From positions 1 through 12,997 of the forward strand of contig JBGTHM010000021.1 of the NCBI GenBank assembly GCA_041746255.1: DNA of 12,997 nt, in the 5' to 3' direction. The notes beneath the pieces were generated by a model that saw nothing but the letters and a program-made list of their open reading frames with translations, did no database searches and was not told the DNA's origin. Both the position numbers and the translations under genes were made by a program. This stretch comes from Fibrobacteria bacterium. GTDB taxonomy: Bacteria > Fibrobacterota > Fibrobacteria > UBA11236. Numbering within the stretch: the stretch's first letter is position 1; each line of letters begins with the position of its first letter. Of the stretch, positions 1 to 7,634 are shown in pieces.

Positions 1-2259
1 GGCGGTGCTATTGCCCCTGATTCTGGGAACGAGTACCCATACTTCCGCCGAATCCTGGTCCTTATCCCAGCGCTCCACGTGGTAGGGCAGCCAGGTCACC
101 CCGTCCCCGTCCAGAAACCGGATGTCGTCGTAATCGTCCCGCACCGCGTCCACGATGGTGGAACCCGTGATACGCAACAGCAAGGGATAGTTGTAGACGT
201 CGCCCGGGATATTGGCTCCCGTGGAGGTGGTATTGAACTGAAACACTTTACTGCTCACGAAATCCGCGGTGGTGATGGGGTTCGCAAAGAAGGTGGATCC
301 TTCCTTCTGGTTCTCATAAGACAGCTTGATGAAATCCGGCGACAGCAACGCGGCGCCGGCCCCCACGCGCACCTCGCTGATAAGACCGTTCCACCAACGA
401 CCGGTACTCTCGGAATTCTCGCCGATGGTAACAACATTGGCCCCATCGCTGATGCTGCCTGTAGCCGCGACGCTTTTGTCCTCCGCCCCATCGATATACA
501 GCTTCAAGTCGGAGCCGTCATAGGTCCCCACTACGTGATGCCAGTTGTCATCGTTGACATTGACTTCACCCGTCACGGTCGTATTGGTGGTCAAGCCCTC
601 GCCGGTAAAGTTGATGAAATTGGTGGAGGCGGAGCGTTCCAGCTTCCAGGTGTCGCCCTTAGTCACCAGCGCTTGGGAAGCAATGTCAAAGGCATTCACC
701 TTCACCCAAGCCCAGACTGAAAGGTTGGACGCAATATCGTAGTCGCTTTCATTGGAGACGGGTATTTTGTCCGCCGTGCCATTGAAGGACGCGGCCAAGG
801 GCGTAGTCAACCCGGTGGTAGCGGCTTGATTCCGGAAATAGGTGCCGTCATTACCGGCGGCTCCCACATCAGTGGCCACATCCTCGAAGCCCTTCAAATG
901 CCATACCGAGGTAAAATCGCTCCACAGCGAATCGGTGGAGGCCATAGGGCTGGAGCCGCAAGTCGAACAGCCGTAATACATGGTGATGTAATCCGTGGTG
1001 GAATTGGCATCCACCTGAGGTACCTTCACCCAAATTTTGCCGCGTTTATTGGCCTTGTCCCATTCGATGACCTCGTGATAGAGATACGTGCCGTCCGGGT
1101 CGACGAAGAGGATGTCTTTGCCGTCCGCCTGCGTGCCGGAAAAGGTGATGTCGGAGGCATCCAGGCGCACCAGGATGGGAATGTCGGTTACATTACCCGA
1201 AAGGCCCATGCCCACCGTGTTGAAGTTGAGCCGCACCGACGAGGAGAAATCGCCGCTGCGATAACCCACCGTTACCGCCTGTGAGCCGATTTTCTGGGTT
1301 TCATAAGACAACTTCACCCAATCGGCCGAACGCGGCTCCGAGGCGATGGTGATTGCATCCAGGCTCCCGTTCCAGAATTGGCTGCCCCAAGCCCGCCGGC
1401 CGATAGTCAGATTCCCCGTACCGGAAAAATCGGCAGTGGCCACATCGCCGGCAACCTTCACCCCGTTGTAATACAAAATGCGAGCGTTGGTGGAGGCATC
1501 GTAAGTACCGACCCAGTACTGCCAGTCCGTGCCGGTGTTGGCGGTTGGCGACTCCAAATCGTTACTGAAAAAAGCGAACCTGAAAAGATTCGTGCTCCGA
1601 TATTCGAAATGCAGGCCCTGATTGGCAGCATTCGTGCCCTGGGATAAAATGGTGCGGTTTTGCCCGGTAACGGCTCGCTTGACCCAGGCTCCAATGGAGA
1701 AACTATTATTCGCCAAGGCCACCTCATTGGCCCCTCCCCCGGGAACGAGGATAGACTCATCGGAGCCGTTCAGCGTAACGCCTCTTCCAGCCACGGCCGT
1801 GACACTGTCTCCCACATCGATTTCCACACCCGTTCCATGACTGCCGTTGGGTGTGGCGTCGGCATACCCGTCGTCATCCGTATTTCCAGTCTCCCCCAAA
1901 TGCCAAACAGCCTGATGCCCGTCCGCGGTAGCGAATACGCCCGCAGCGGAAGAGAGGCTGGATACTCCCGATCGTCCCCAGTACATCTGGAAATACTGGG
2001 AGTTGTTGTTCCCGTAAACCGTGTCCACTCGCACCCAGATAGCTGCTTTCTTGGCGGTCGTATCCCATAGTTCGAGTTCGAACGGCAAGAGGGTTCCGTC
2101 GCTTTTGGTGAAACGGATATCACTACCGTCGGATTGCGCCTGGGAGAAGTTGAAATTACCCGCGTGCAACCGCACCAGCAGGGGAAAACCCACGACATTG
2201 CTGGAGACATTGGCGCCCGTGGCGGTGGTATTGACGTACAACTTGGAGGAGTGGCTCCA
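1..2259 (-). repeat. Tandem ~330-aa DUF2341 + LamG-like (ConA fold) modules: copy 1 2259-1249, copy 2 1248-262, copy 3 starting at 261 and truncated
   Basis: Recurring motifs: NTTATGANVSSNVVGFPLLVRL / NTVGMGLSGNVTDIPILVRL / NTTSTGANIPGDVYNYPLLLRI; DIRF / DILF / DIRF; WVRV / WVKVP / WVLVP. Module ends KLSYETQK (1291-1314) and KLSYENQK (304-327) are 987 nt apart. Confidence 0.88.
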
Positions 2260-5040
2260 GGTGGAAAGATCGACGTCACCGAATTGCCAATTGGTATTGC
2301 CGCCTCCATTGGTGGAGTTGGTGGCGGTACCGGTGGACACCGAGGCATTGGAATTCTGAATGGAGGCATAGTCGGCGGTTAGGGTTCCGCTGGCGGCGAT
2401 GGTAAAGCCAGAGCCCGGATTCAGGTTAAGCAAGTTACCGGTTTGCCCGGTGAAACTGGCGTTGCCGGCGACGGTAAGCGTTCGCCCGCTCAGATTGATG
2501 AAGGTGGAACTGGCGCCGTTGGTGACGGTGAAATTGCCGCCGGAAGTGGTGGTGATATTGACCGAGTTGAAATCGAGCTCGCCCGCGCTGTTGCTGAAGC
2601 TGAGAGTGGAAAGAGTATTGGTGGAAAGCTGCAAGGTACCTGCCCCCGTATGGGTGATATGCGGGTGCCCGGCTCCGCTTTTGGGCGTCAACACCTGAGT
2701 GCCGCTAGAGGCGATAAAGGCCAAGGCGCCGGTCCCCGGAGTAATGGTCTGGTCGGTCACAAAGGTGGCATTGCCCGTATTCAGGCTCAGGGTCGAGGAG
2801 CCGAAATCGAAAGTGCCGGTATATCCGGTGAAATCCACACTTTTTGCCTCCAGGGCAGCGCTGAGAGTGGCATTATTGTCCGCACCGCCGCCACTCCCCG
2901 CGAAGGAAAGGTCTATGTCAGCCGCGTTTAGAGTTGTTCCGGCGCGGAAGTCGTCGAACACCGCTGTTCCGATTACGCCCTTGGAATGGGACGTATGGAA
3001 AAGCCCCACCACCGAATTGGCGGCTGTGGACGTGGGCGTTCTGGCTATGCCATCTCCGATCGCGGTCCAGCCGCTGGAAATGGAGGTCCGGTAATAGGCG
3101 GAGAATTCCGTACCGTTCTTCACCAGTCGCAGCCAAACCGGAGCCGTGATTCCGGCTGTCCTGGAATAGGTGTTCATGCCGGGAGTGCCATCATTATCAT
3201 ATTGAAAGGAGACGCCTTGCCCCGCCGAGACCAGCACCGCGGCATATCCGCCCTCCGAGGGGTCGGTGATATCGTCGGCAACTATGATACCGGCCTTGGA
3301 CCAGGTATTGTTGTTGGTTAAGGAAACCACCTTCACGCTGATATCGAAACTGCCGGTCAAGTCGGAGCGGTGGATGGCCACGTATTCGTCATCAGCCTCA
3401 TAAACATCAGTACCTCCCCCGTGCAAGGTGAGCTGATCGGCATTTTCGGTCAGGCTATAGGACGAACCGTCGTCACCATCCGCATCGCGGTAGGTCCAAA
3501 CCGAGGTATTCAAGACATCGGAGGTGAAAAAATCGTCTTTGTCGGAAAGAGGTCGGGTGCCGGTGCCATCCGAATTGGAGGTCCAGTTATGAGCATTATT
3601 CACTTCTCCATTAGATAGCACGTCATTTTCATGCCAATAGTAGGTTCCCACCACCGCATCCCCGATAGAAAGGATGACATTCCCGCTGCCGGCGTTAATA
3701 GAGCAGGTATTGGCCACGGGGCAATTGGAGACGGTCAATCCGTTATCGGTCAGAGTGCCGGAGTAGGTCATGAGGGTATATTCTCCCGTGCCGAATCCCG
3801 CCCCTTCGGTGATACTGAGCGAGCCGTCGAGGGTGAGATTTCCCGTCACATTGATTCGATCGGTGGAAGTACCCACATCGTAATTCAAAATGGAGGTGCT
3901 GTTGAAAACGAAAGCTCCGGTGGCTAGCGTTCCCGCGCCGCCGTTACCCGGAGACACGATGCCGCCATTGCTTATGGTTACGCTGCCGCTGGCGGTACCC
4001 GTGCCGGCCAGAGTTGCCCCGCTGGCAACGGTCACCGCGCTGGTCGCGGAGGTGGAACCGGTTAAGAGCAAAGTGCCTGCCGTAACAGTAGTGGTTCCGA
4101 CGTAAGTGTTGGCGGCGGAAAGCGTCCAGGTGCCACTTCCCTGCTTCTCGATTGAAACGGAATTGGTGGCTTCTCCTTCGCTAATTACTCCCGAGATCAC
4201 GCCGTTTCCAGCGCCTTTGAGAATAAAAAGCCTGCCATTCGTAATGGTTTTTTGCAGGGTGCCGCTGATGGTGAGCGTACCCGATTCGGATTGAATATGG
4301 TAGGCTCCTCCCGTGCCCGTGATGCGAATATCTCCCGCCCAGGTGTTGTTTCCGCTTACATTATTCAAAAAGACCGCTGTCGTACCCCCATCACCGGGCT
4401 CCCAGCGGCCGTTGGTCTTGATGGTTTTATCGGTAACGGTGACTCCCCCGGAGAGTTGGATTTGATTCACGGCCCCTTGAATTCCCGAAAGGGTGATATC
4501 CTTGGCCCCGTTCCCCAAGCCGTTATTATGAGTGACCAAAATATATCCCCGGTCGCCCGCGCCGAAAATGACATCCCCGCTAAAGGTGTTGCTACCCGAG
4601 AGAGTGAGCGTTCCCGCACCTGCCTTGGTTAAGGTAGTGGCTCCACTGACTACGCCGCTGATGGTGCCATTGGCGGTGGTCGTGATGGTGGGAGTGGTGC
4701 CGGTCAGTCCCAGTTCGAGATTGGAGAGGGTGTAGGCGGTGGTAAATGTGACTTTGTTCAGGGTGAGCTTCCAACCGTTGAAGGCGATGGTGCCTGAATA
4801 CGAGTTCTGAAAAATCAAACCGTCTACTGTGCGGTTTCTATCCACGTTCGCACCATCATTGGTGACGGACGCGTCGAAAATCGCATTATCGCTCGCTCCC
4901 GGTTCAACGTCCCCGCTCCAGTTGCCGCTGAGGTTCCACTCATTGCCGGTGCCGGTATTGTCCCAAGTGCGATCGGCAGCCCAAAGTGAAGAACCATGGG
5001 ATGAGAAAATTACGCTGGACAGAAAAACAACGTAACCCAA
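1..5040 (-). CDS. Giant secreted modular surface/adhesin-like protein: autotransporter-associated beta-strand repeats + ConA-like (DUF1349-type) domain + tandem DUF2341/LamG modules; 3' end lies outside the window
   Basis: Manual minus-strand translation is stop-free from 5088 to 1. N-terminus (TTG 5040) MGYVVFLSSVIFSSHGSSLWA-ADRTWDNTGTGNEWNLSGNW is signal-peptide-like. Repeats LTKAGAGTLTLSGSNTFSG and IEKQGSGTWTLSAANTYVGTTTVTAGTL. DUF2341 motifs FPLLVRL..GSDIRFTKSDGTLLPFELELWD..IWVRV. LamG motif WHHVVGTYDGSDLKLYIDG. G/T/S/N-rich. The start codon is uncertain. Confidence 0.93.
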   Translation of the reverse strand, partial: MGYVVFLSSVIFSSHGSSLWAADRTWDNTGTGNEWNLSGNWSGDVEPGASDNAIFDASVTNDGANVDRNRTVDGLIFQNSYSGTIAFNGWKLTLNKVTFTTAYTLSNLELGLTGTTPTITTTANGTISGVVSGATTLTKAGAGTLTLSGSNTFSGDVIFGAGDRGYILVTHNNGLGNGAKDITLSGIQGAVNQIQLSGGVTVTDKTIKTNGRWEPGDGGTTAVFLNNVSGNNTWAGDIRITGTGGAYHIQSESGTLTISGTLQKTITNGRLFILKGAGNGVISGVISEGEATNSVSIEKQGSGTWTLSAANTYVGTTTVTAGTLLLTGSTSATSAVTVASGATLAGTGTASGSVTISNGGIVSPGNGGAGTLATGAFVFNSTSILNYDVGTSTDRINVTGNLTLDGSLSITEGAGFGTGEYTLMTYSGTLTDNGLTVSNCPVANTCSINAGSGNVILSIGDAVVGTYYWHENDVLSNGEVNNAHNWTSNSDGTGTRPLSDKDDFFTSDVLNTSVWTYRDADGDDGSSYSLTENADQLTLHGGGTDVYEADDEYVAIHRSDLTGSFDISVKVVSLTNNNTWSKAGIIVADDITDPSEGGYAAVLVSAGQGVSFQYDNDGTPGMNTYSRTAGITAPVWLRLVKNGTEFSAYYRTSISSGWTAIGDGIARTPTSTAANSVVGLFHTSHSKGVIGTAVFDDFRAGTTLNAADIDLSFAGSGGGADNNATLSAALEAKSVDFTGYTGTFDFGSSTLSLNTGNATFVTDQTITPGTGALAFIASSGTQVLTPKSGAGHPHITHTGAGTLQLSTNTLSTLSFSNSAGELDFNSVNITTTSGGNFTVTNGASSTFINLSGRTLTVAGNASFTGQTGNLLNLNPGSGFTIAASGTLTADYASIQNSNASVSTGTATNSTNGGGNTNWQFGDVDLSTWSHSSKLYVNTTATGANVSSNVVGFPLLVRLHAGNFNFSQAQSDGSDIRFTKSDGTLLPFELELWDTTAKKAAIWVRVDTVYGNNNSQYFQMYWGRSGVSSLSSAAGVFATADGHQAVWHLGETGNTDDDGYADATPNGSHGTGVEIDVGDSVTAVAGRGVTLNGSDESILVPGGGANEVALANNSFSIGAWVKRAVTGQNRTILSQGTNAANQGLHFEYRSTNLFRFAFFSNDLESPTANTGTDWQYWVGTYDASTNARILYYNGVKVAGDVATADFSGTGNLTIGRRAWGSQFWNGSLDAITIASEPRSADWVKLSYETQKIGSQAVTVGYRSGDFSSSVRLNFNTVGMGLSGNVTDIPILVRLDASDITFSGTQADGKDILFVDPDGTYLYHEVIEWDKANKRGKIWVKVPQVDANSTTDYITMYYGCSTCGSSPMASTDSLWSDFTSVWHLKGFEDVATDVGAAGNDGTYFRNQAATTGLTTPLAASFNGTADKIPVSNESDYDIASNLSVWAWVKVNAFDIASQALVTKGDTWKLERSASTNFINFTGEGLTTNTTVTGEVNVNDDNWHHVVGTYDGSDLKLYIDGAEDKSVAATGSISDGANVVTIGENSESTGRWWNGLISEVRVGAGAALLSPDFIKLSYENQKEGSTFFANPITTADFVSSKVFQFNTTSTGANIPGDVYNYPLLLRITGSTIVDAVRDDYDDIRFLDGDGVTWLPYHVERWDKDQDSAEVWVLVPRIRGNSTA
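2941..3540 (-). other. ConA-like lectin/glucanase beta-sandwich (DUF1349-type) domain within the giant protein
   Basis: KDDFF..LNTSVW..LTLHGGGTDVYEADDEY..LTGSFDISVKVVS..WSKAGII..GVSFQY..APVWLRLVKNGTEFSAYY..W..VGLFHTSH..AVFDDF follows the motif order of this family. Confidence 0.75.
4063..4632 (-). repeat. Two autotransporter-associated beta-strand (PATR-type) repeats, at 4632-~4555 and 4152-4063
   Basis: Both match the L.K.G.GTL.L...NTY.G.T.V..GTL consensus. The second is followed by a typical passenger tail (GATLAGTG..SPGNGGAGTL..DRINVTGNLTLDG). Confidence 0.85.
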
Positions 5041-5123
5041 CCCAAGGCGAGGTATAAAAAAACTATTTAGTAACTGCTGCGGAATGATTCATTCGACCCC
5101 AAAAGCGGGATCTTTCCTCTTTT

Positions 5124-5150
5124 AAAAAATACGGTGGCCCATCCACCACA
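5124..5150 (-). terminator. Putative intrinsic terminator downstream of the cytochrome gene
   Basis: Minus strand reads UGUGGUGG-AUGGG-CCACCGUA-UUUUUU: an 8-bp stem (2 G:U pairs), 5-nt loop and U6 tract, ~90 nt after the cytochrome stop codon. Confidence 0.55.
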
Positions 5151-5154
5151 GGCC

Positions 5155-5165
5155 ATTATACCATA
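5155..5165 (-). promoter_or_regulatory. Putative extended -10 sigma70 promoter for the giant protein gene
   Basis: Minus strand TATGGTATAAT matches TRTGnTATAAT exactly. There is no good -35 element (CCGCAA at 17-bp spacing), as expected for an extended -10 promoter. Confidence 0.6.
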
Positions 5166-5242
5166 CCGGCAGCGAAATTGCGGTTTTTGAAACCTATTTG
5201 GTGCGGATGGGAATCGCGTGACGGCGAAAAGCGATTAGGCCG

Positions 5243-7573
5243 TTATTCTCGGGGTGGTCCGCGCCGCCGGGTCATTTCCCCCAACAGACCGGCCAGCCCC
5301 GGATAGTTGGGGGCTTGCGTGGCCAATTGGTAAACCAAGGGTTCCACCTCGTCCCATTGGCCAAGTGTGGAGTGCAGCCAGGCCAGCGCGTAGAGAAGAT
5401 CGGGTTCACCTCCAGAAACTCCAACGGCATTCCTTAAAGCCTGCACAGCGCCCTCGTTGGCGCCGAGCTTTTGCAGCACCAAGCCAAGGTTATAGTGAAC
5501 CCGTGCATTTCCAGGCATTCTCTGTGAAGCCTGTCCCAGATAAATGGCTGCCGAATCCAGCCTTCCTTTACTCGCCAACAGCAGCCCCAGGGAATAATAG
5601 GCCTCCGGATATTCAGGAAGGAGACGAATCGATTCCCGGAAATGGTGTTCCGCTTCGGCGGATCGGCCAAGGCGCTCCTGCAGATGGGCCAGATTAATGC
5701 GGGCGGGAGTAAAACGGTTGTCCAATTCCAGCGCCGACGTATATGCGAGCACCGCGCTGTCGGGTTGACCCAACTTTTCGTGGTATTGACCCAGATTAAA
5801 ACGACCGCCGGGAAAGTAGGCATTCGCATCCAAGGAAATCCGATGTTCCTTCAAGGCCTCCGCATAATCCGGGCGGGCCGAGTCGGGCAACAAAGGCGAG
5901 GCTGTCATCAGGGCGCTGGCGGCCGCGACTCGCACGGAACGTAGACTGTCGCCCAGGAGTGGAGCCAGGGCGGCGATACGTTCAGATTCAGGAAAATTCT
6001 GTAGGCCCGCGGCGGCGGTTTGCCGAACCAAGGGCTCGGGATCCCGAGTCCCCTGCAACAAGGATTTGCGGGCCAATTCGCCCATATAATTGGTGAGTTC
6101 ATGCAAAGCCGAGGCCCGGGCTATGGCCGGATGTCCGGCATTCTCGGCCAATCGTGCCAGCGCCGAATCGGCTCCCGGCCCCCCGGCACGGCCCTTTGCC
6201 AACAGATCGGAAAAATGCGGCTTACGGTGGGGCCCATGCCATTTTATCACCCATTCCGCCGCCCACGAATCGGGTTTATCCGTATGGCATTGGGTGCAGG
6301 CATTGGGAGTTCCGAATTGCACGCTGAGATCGGGACGCGGCACACGGAAACTATGGTCGCGACGCAAGTCCACTTCCATGTAATATTTCGAAGGCATGTG
6401 GCAGTCGATACATTGGCTGCCTTGGGCTCCAACCGGGTGGCGAAAGTGCGCCTCCACATTGAAACGGGCGGGTTCATGGCATTGCAGACAGAGCGCGTTA
6501 CCCGGGGCCCGCAGCTTGAGGCTATGCGGCTCATGGCAATCGGTGCACCGCACCCCTTCGTGGTACATTTTGCTTTGCAAGAAAGAACCGTACTCGAATA
6601 CTTCGTCGTTAATCTGCCCGTCCGCGTGATACAAATTATCGCGCAACAGCTCCGGAGAGTACTCATCCAGAAATTGCTTGAGATGGCCGAAATCAACCTG
6701 CAAGGCGGACCGCCGGGTATGACAACGCGCGCAGGCCATGATTTCCGCCTTCGCCCCGGCATGGGTCGAATCGTTCATATGATTGGCGACCAACCCATAA
6801 CTGTTTTTGGGTCCGTGACCGGAAATCCAACGGGACAGCGCGGATTTTTCGGCCCAATCCACATGCTGGGATCCGGGACCGTGACAAGCCTCGCAGCTTA
6901 CATTGATCTCATGGAAGGTGGTGTTGAAAATATTTTTCTCCGCGTCGTATCCGCGCTTGAATCCGGTGGTATGGCATTCCGCGCACATGCCGTTCCAGTT
7001 CTGACCGTCCCGCGTCCAATGCAACCAGTCGTCCGGAGCGATTTTCGTATTGGGATAGAGGTGGAACCATTCCCGCTTCTCGGTATCCCAGGCCGTGCTC
7101 AGCGCTTGCAAACGGCCTCCGGGAAATTCCACCAGGTATTGTTGTAGCGGTTTCACCCCGAAGGTATACTTGACCTCGAATTCCTCGGGCGTTCCGTCCG
7201 TGCCCTGGGTCTCCACGAGAAATTTTCCGTCCCGTCGATAAAAGCGCGATACCATGCCGTGATGGGAAAGGCTGTCGTCATCAAAGTTTCCCAATACGGT
7301 GGATTCGTTCGCATGGTCCATGGCGCGCTCGTGATGCGACCCCATAAATGCCTGCGCCTGCTCTTCATGGCATTGCACGCAACTTTCCCGGCCCACGAAA
7401 TCGGGAAGCCTGCCGTCGATGCGCAAGGGAGACCATCTGGCGCCGGAAGCGGAGGAGAAAGCGGCATTTTCAGTGACGGTATTGCGTTTTTGTACCCACC
7501 AAACGCCCGCTCCGACGCAAACGATAAGGAATACAACACCTAAGAGGCCCAATAGGACCGGATTTTTACGCAA
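5243..7573 (-). CDS. Membrane-anchored octaheme c-type cytochrome with C-terminal HEAT and TPR repeats (function unknown), ~776 aa
   Basis: Eight CxxCH motifs between 7381 and 6284: CVQCH, CAECH, CEACH, CARCH, CTDCH, CLQCH, CIDCH, CTQCH. N-terminal RK plus hydrophobic helix. HEAT-like DPEPLVRQTAAAGL and DSLRSVRVAAASAL. TPR-like ARINLA, AYYSLGLLLA, VHYNLGLVL. Start moved from 7597 to TTG 7573 because GGAGGT lies 7 nt upstream of it. Confidence 0.93.
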   Translation of the reverse strand: MRKNPVLLGLLGVVFLIVCVGAGVWWVQKRNTVTENAAFSSASGARWSPLRIDGRLPDFVGRESCVQCHEEQAQAFMGSHHERAMDHANESTVLGNFDDDSLSHHGMVSRFYRRDGKFLVETQGTDGTPEEFEVKYTFGVKPLQQYLVEFPGGRLQALSTAWDTEKREWFHLYPNTKIAPDDWLHWTRDGQNWNGMCAECHTTGFKRGYDAEKNIFNTTFHEINVSCEACHGPGSQHVDWAEKSALSRWISGHGPKNSYGLVANHMNDSTHAGAKAEIMACARCHTRRSALQVDFGHLKQFLDEYSPELLRDNLYHADGQINDEVFEYGSFLQSKMYHEGVRCTDCHEPHSLKLRAPGNALCLQCHEPARFNVEAHFRHPVGAQGSQCIDCHMPSKYYMEVDLRRDHSFRVPRPDLSVQFGTPNACTQCHTDKPDSWAAEWVIKWHGPHRKPHFSDLLAKGRAGGPGADSALARLAENAGHPAIARASALHELTNYMGELARKSLLQGTRDPEPLVRQTAAAGLQNFPESERIAALAPLLGDSLRSVRVAAASALMTASPLLPDSARPDYAEALKEHRISLDANAYFPGGRFNLGQYHEKLGQPDSAVLAYTSALELDNRFTPARINLAHLQERLGRSAEAEHHFRESIRLLPEYPEAYYSLGLLLASKGRLDSAAIYLGQASQRMPGNARVHYNLGLVLQKLGANEGAVQALRNAVGVSGGEPDLLYALAWLHSTLGQWDEVEPLVYQLATQAPNYPGLAGLLGEMTRRRGPPRE

Positions 7574-7580
7574 GACCTTT

Positions 7581-7586
7581 ACCTCC
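7581..7586 (-). promoter_or_regulatory. Shine-Dalgarno sequence of the cytochrome gene
   Basis: GGAGGT followed by a 7-nt spacer and TTG CGT AAA AAT. Confidence 0.7.
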
Positions 7587-7634
7587 AAGTAACCCAAAAG
7601 TACAAAGCCTTCCGCTGTTTTACCGGCTTAGAAG

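Noticed and set aside
71..86. CGCTCCACGTGGTAGG, a second parS-like palindrome core
   Set aside because: It has three mismatches at conserved positions and is explained by the coding sequence (PYHVER).
958..969. CSTC (CxxC) in DUF2341 module 2 as a possible heme site
   Set aside because: It is followed by Gly, not His, so at most a disulfide loop.
79..5035. About 30 short ORFs on both strands in the ORF track (e.g. 79-720 +, 826-1284 +, 1770-2369 -)
   Set aside because: They are antisense or alternative-frame shadows of the continuous minus-strand giant CDS, which carries all the recognisable motifs.
5056..5062. A7/T7 tract near the giant gene start as a phase-variation switch
   Set aside because: The upstream ATG frame stops (TAG 5065-5063) before the tract, so slippage there cannot fuse the ATG to the long frame. 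The tract is also short.
6020..7147. 375-aa plus-strand ORF
   Set aside because: It is antisense to the heme-binding region and has no recognisable motifs.
5243..7573. Calling the cytochrome NrfA, HAO or MtrA/DmsE
   Set aside because: There is no CxxCK, it has 8 rather than 5 or 10 hemes, it carries a HEAT/TPR tail, and no partner genes are present. No specific enzyme name is supportable.
5032..7597. The same 9-mer TTGGGTTAC near the starts of both the giant gene (5040) and the cytochrome gene (7597)
   Set aside because: It occupies different positions relative to the likely starts, and a 9-nt match can plausibly occur by chance.
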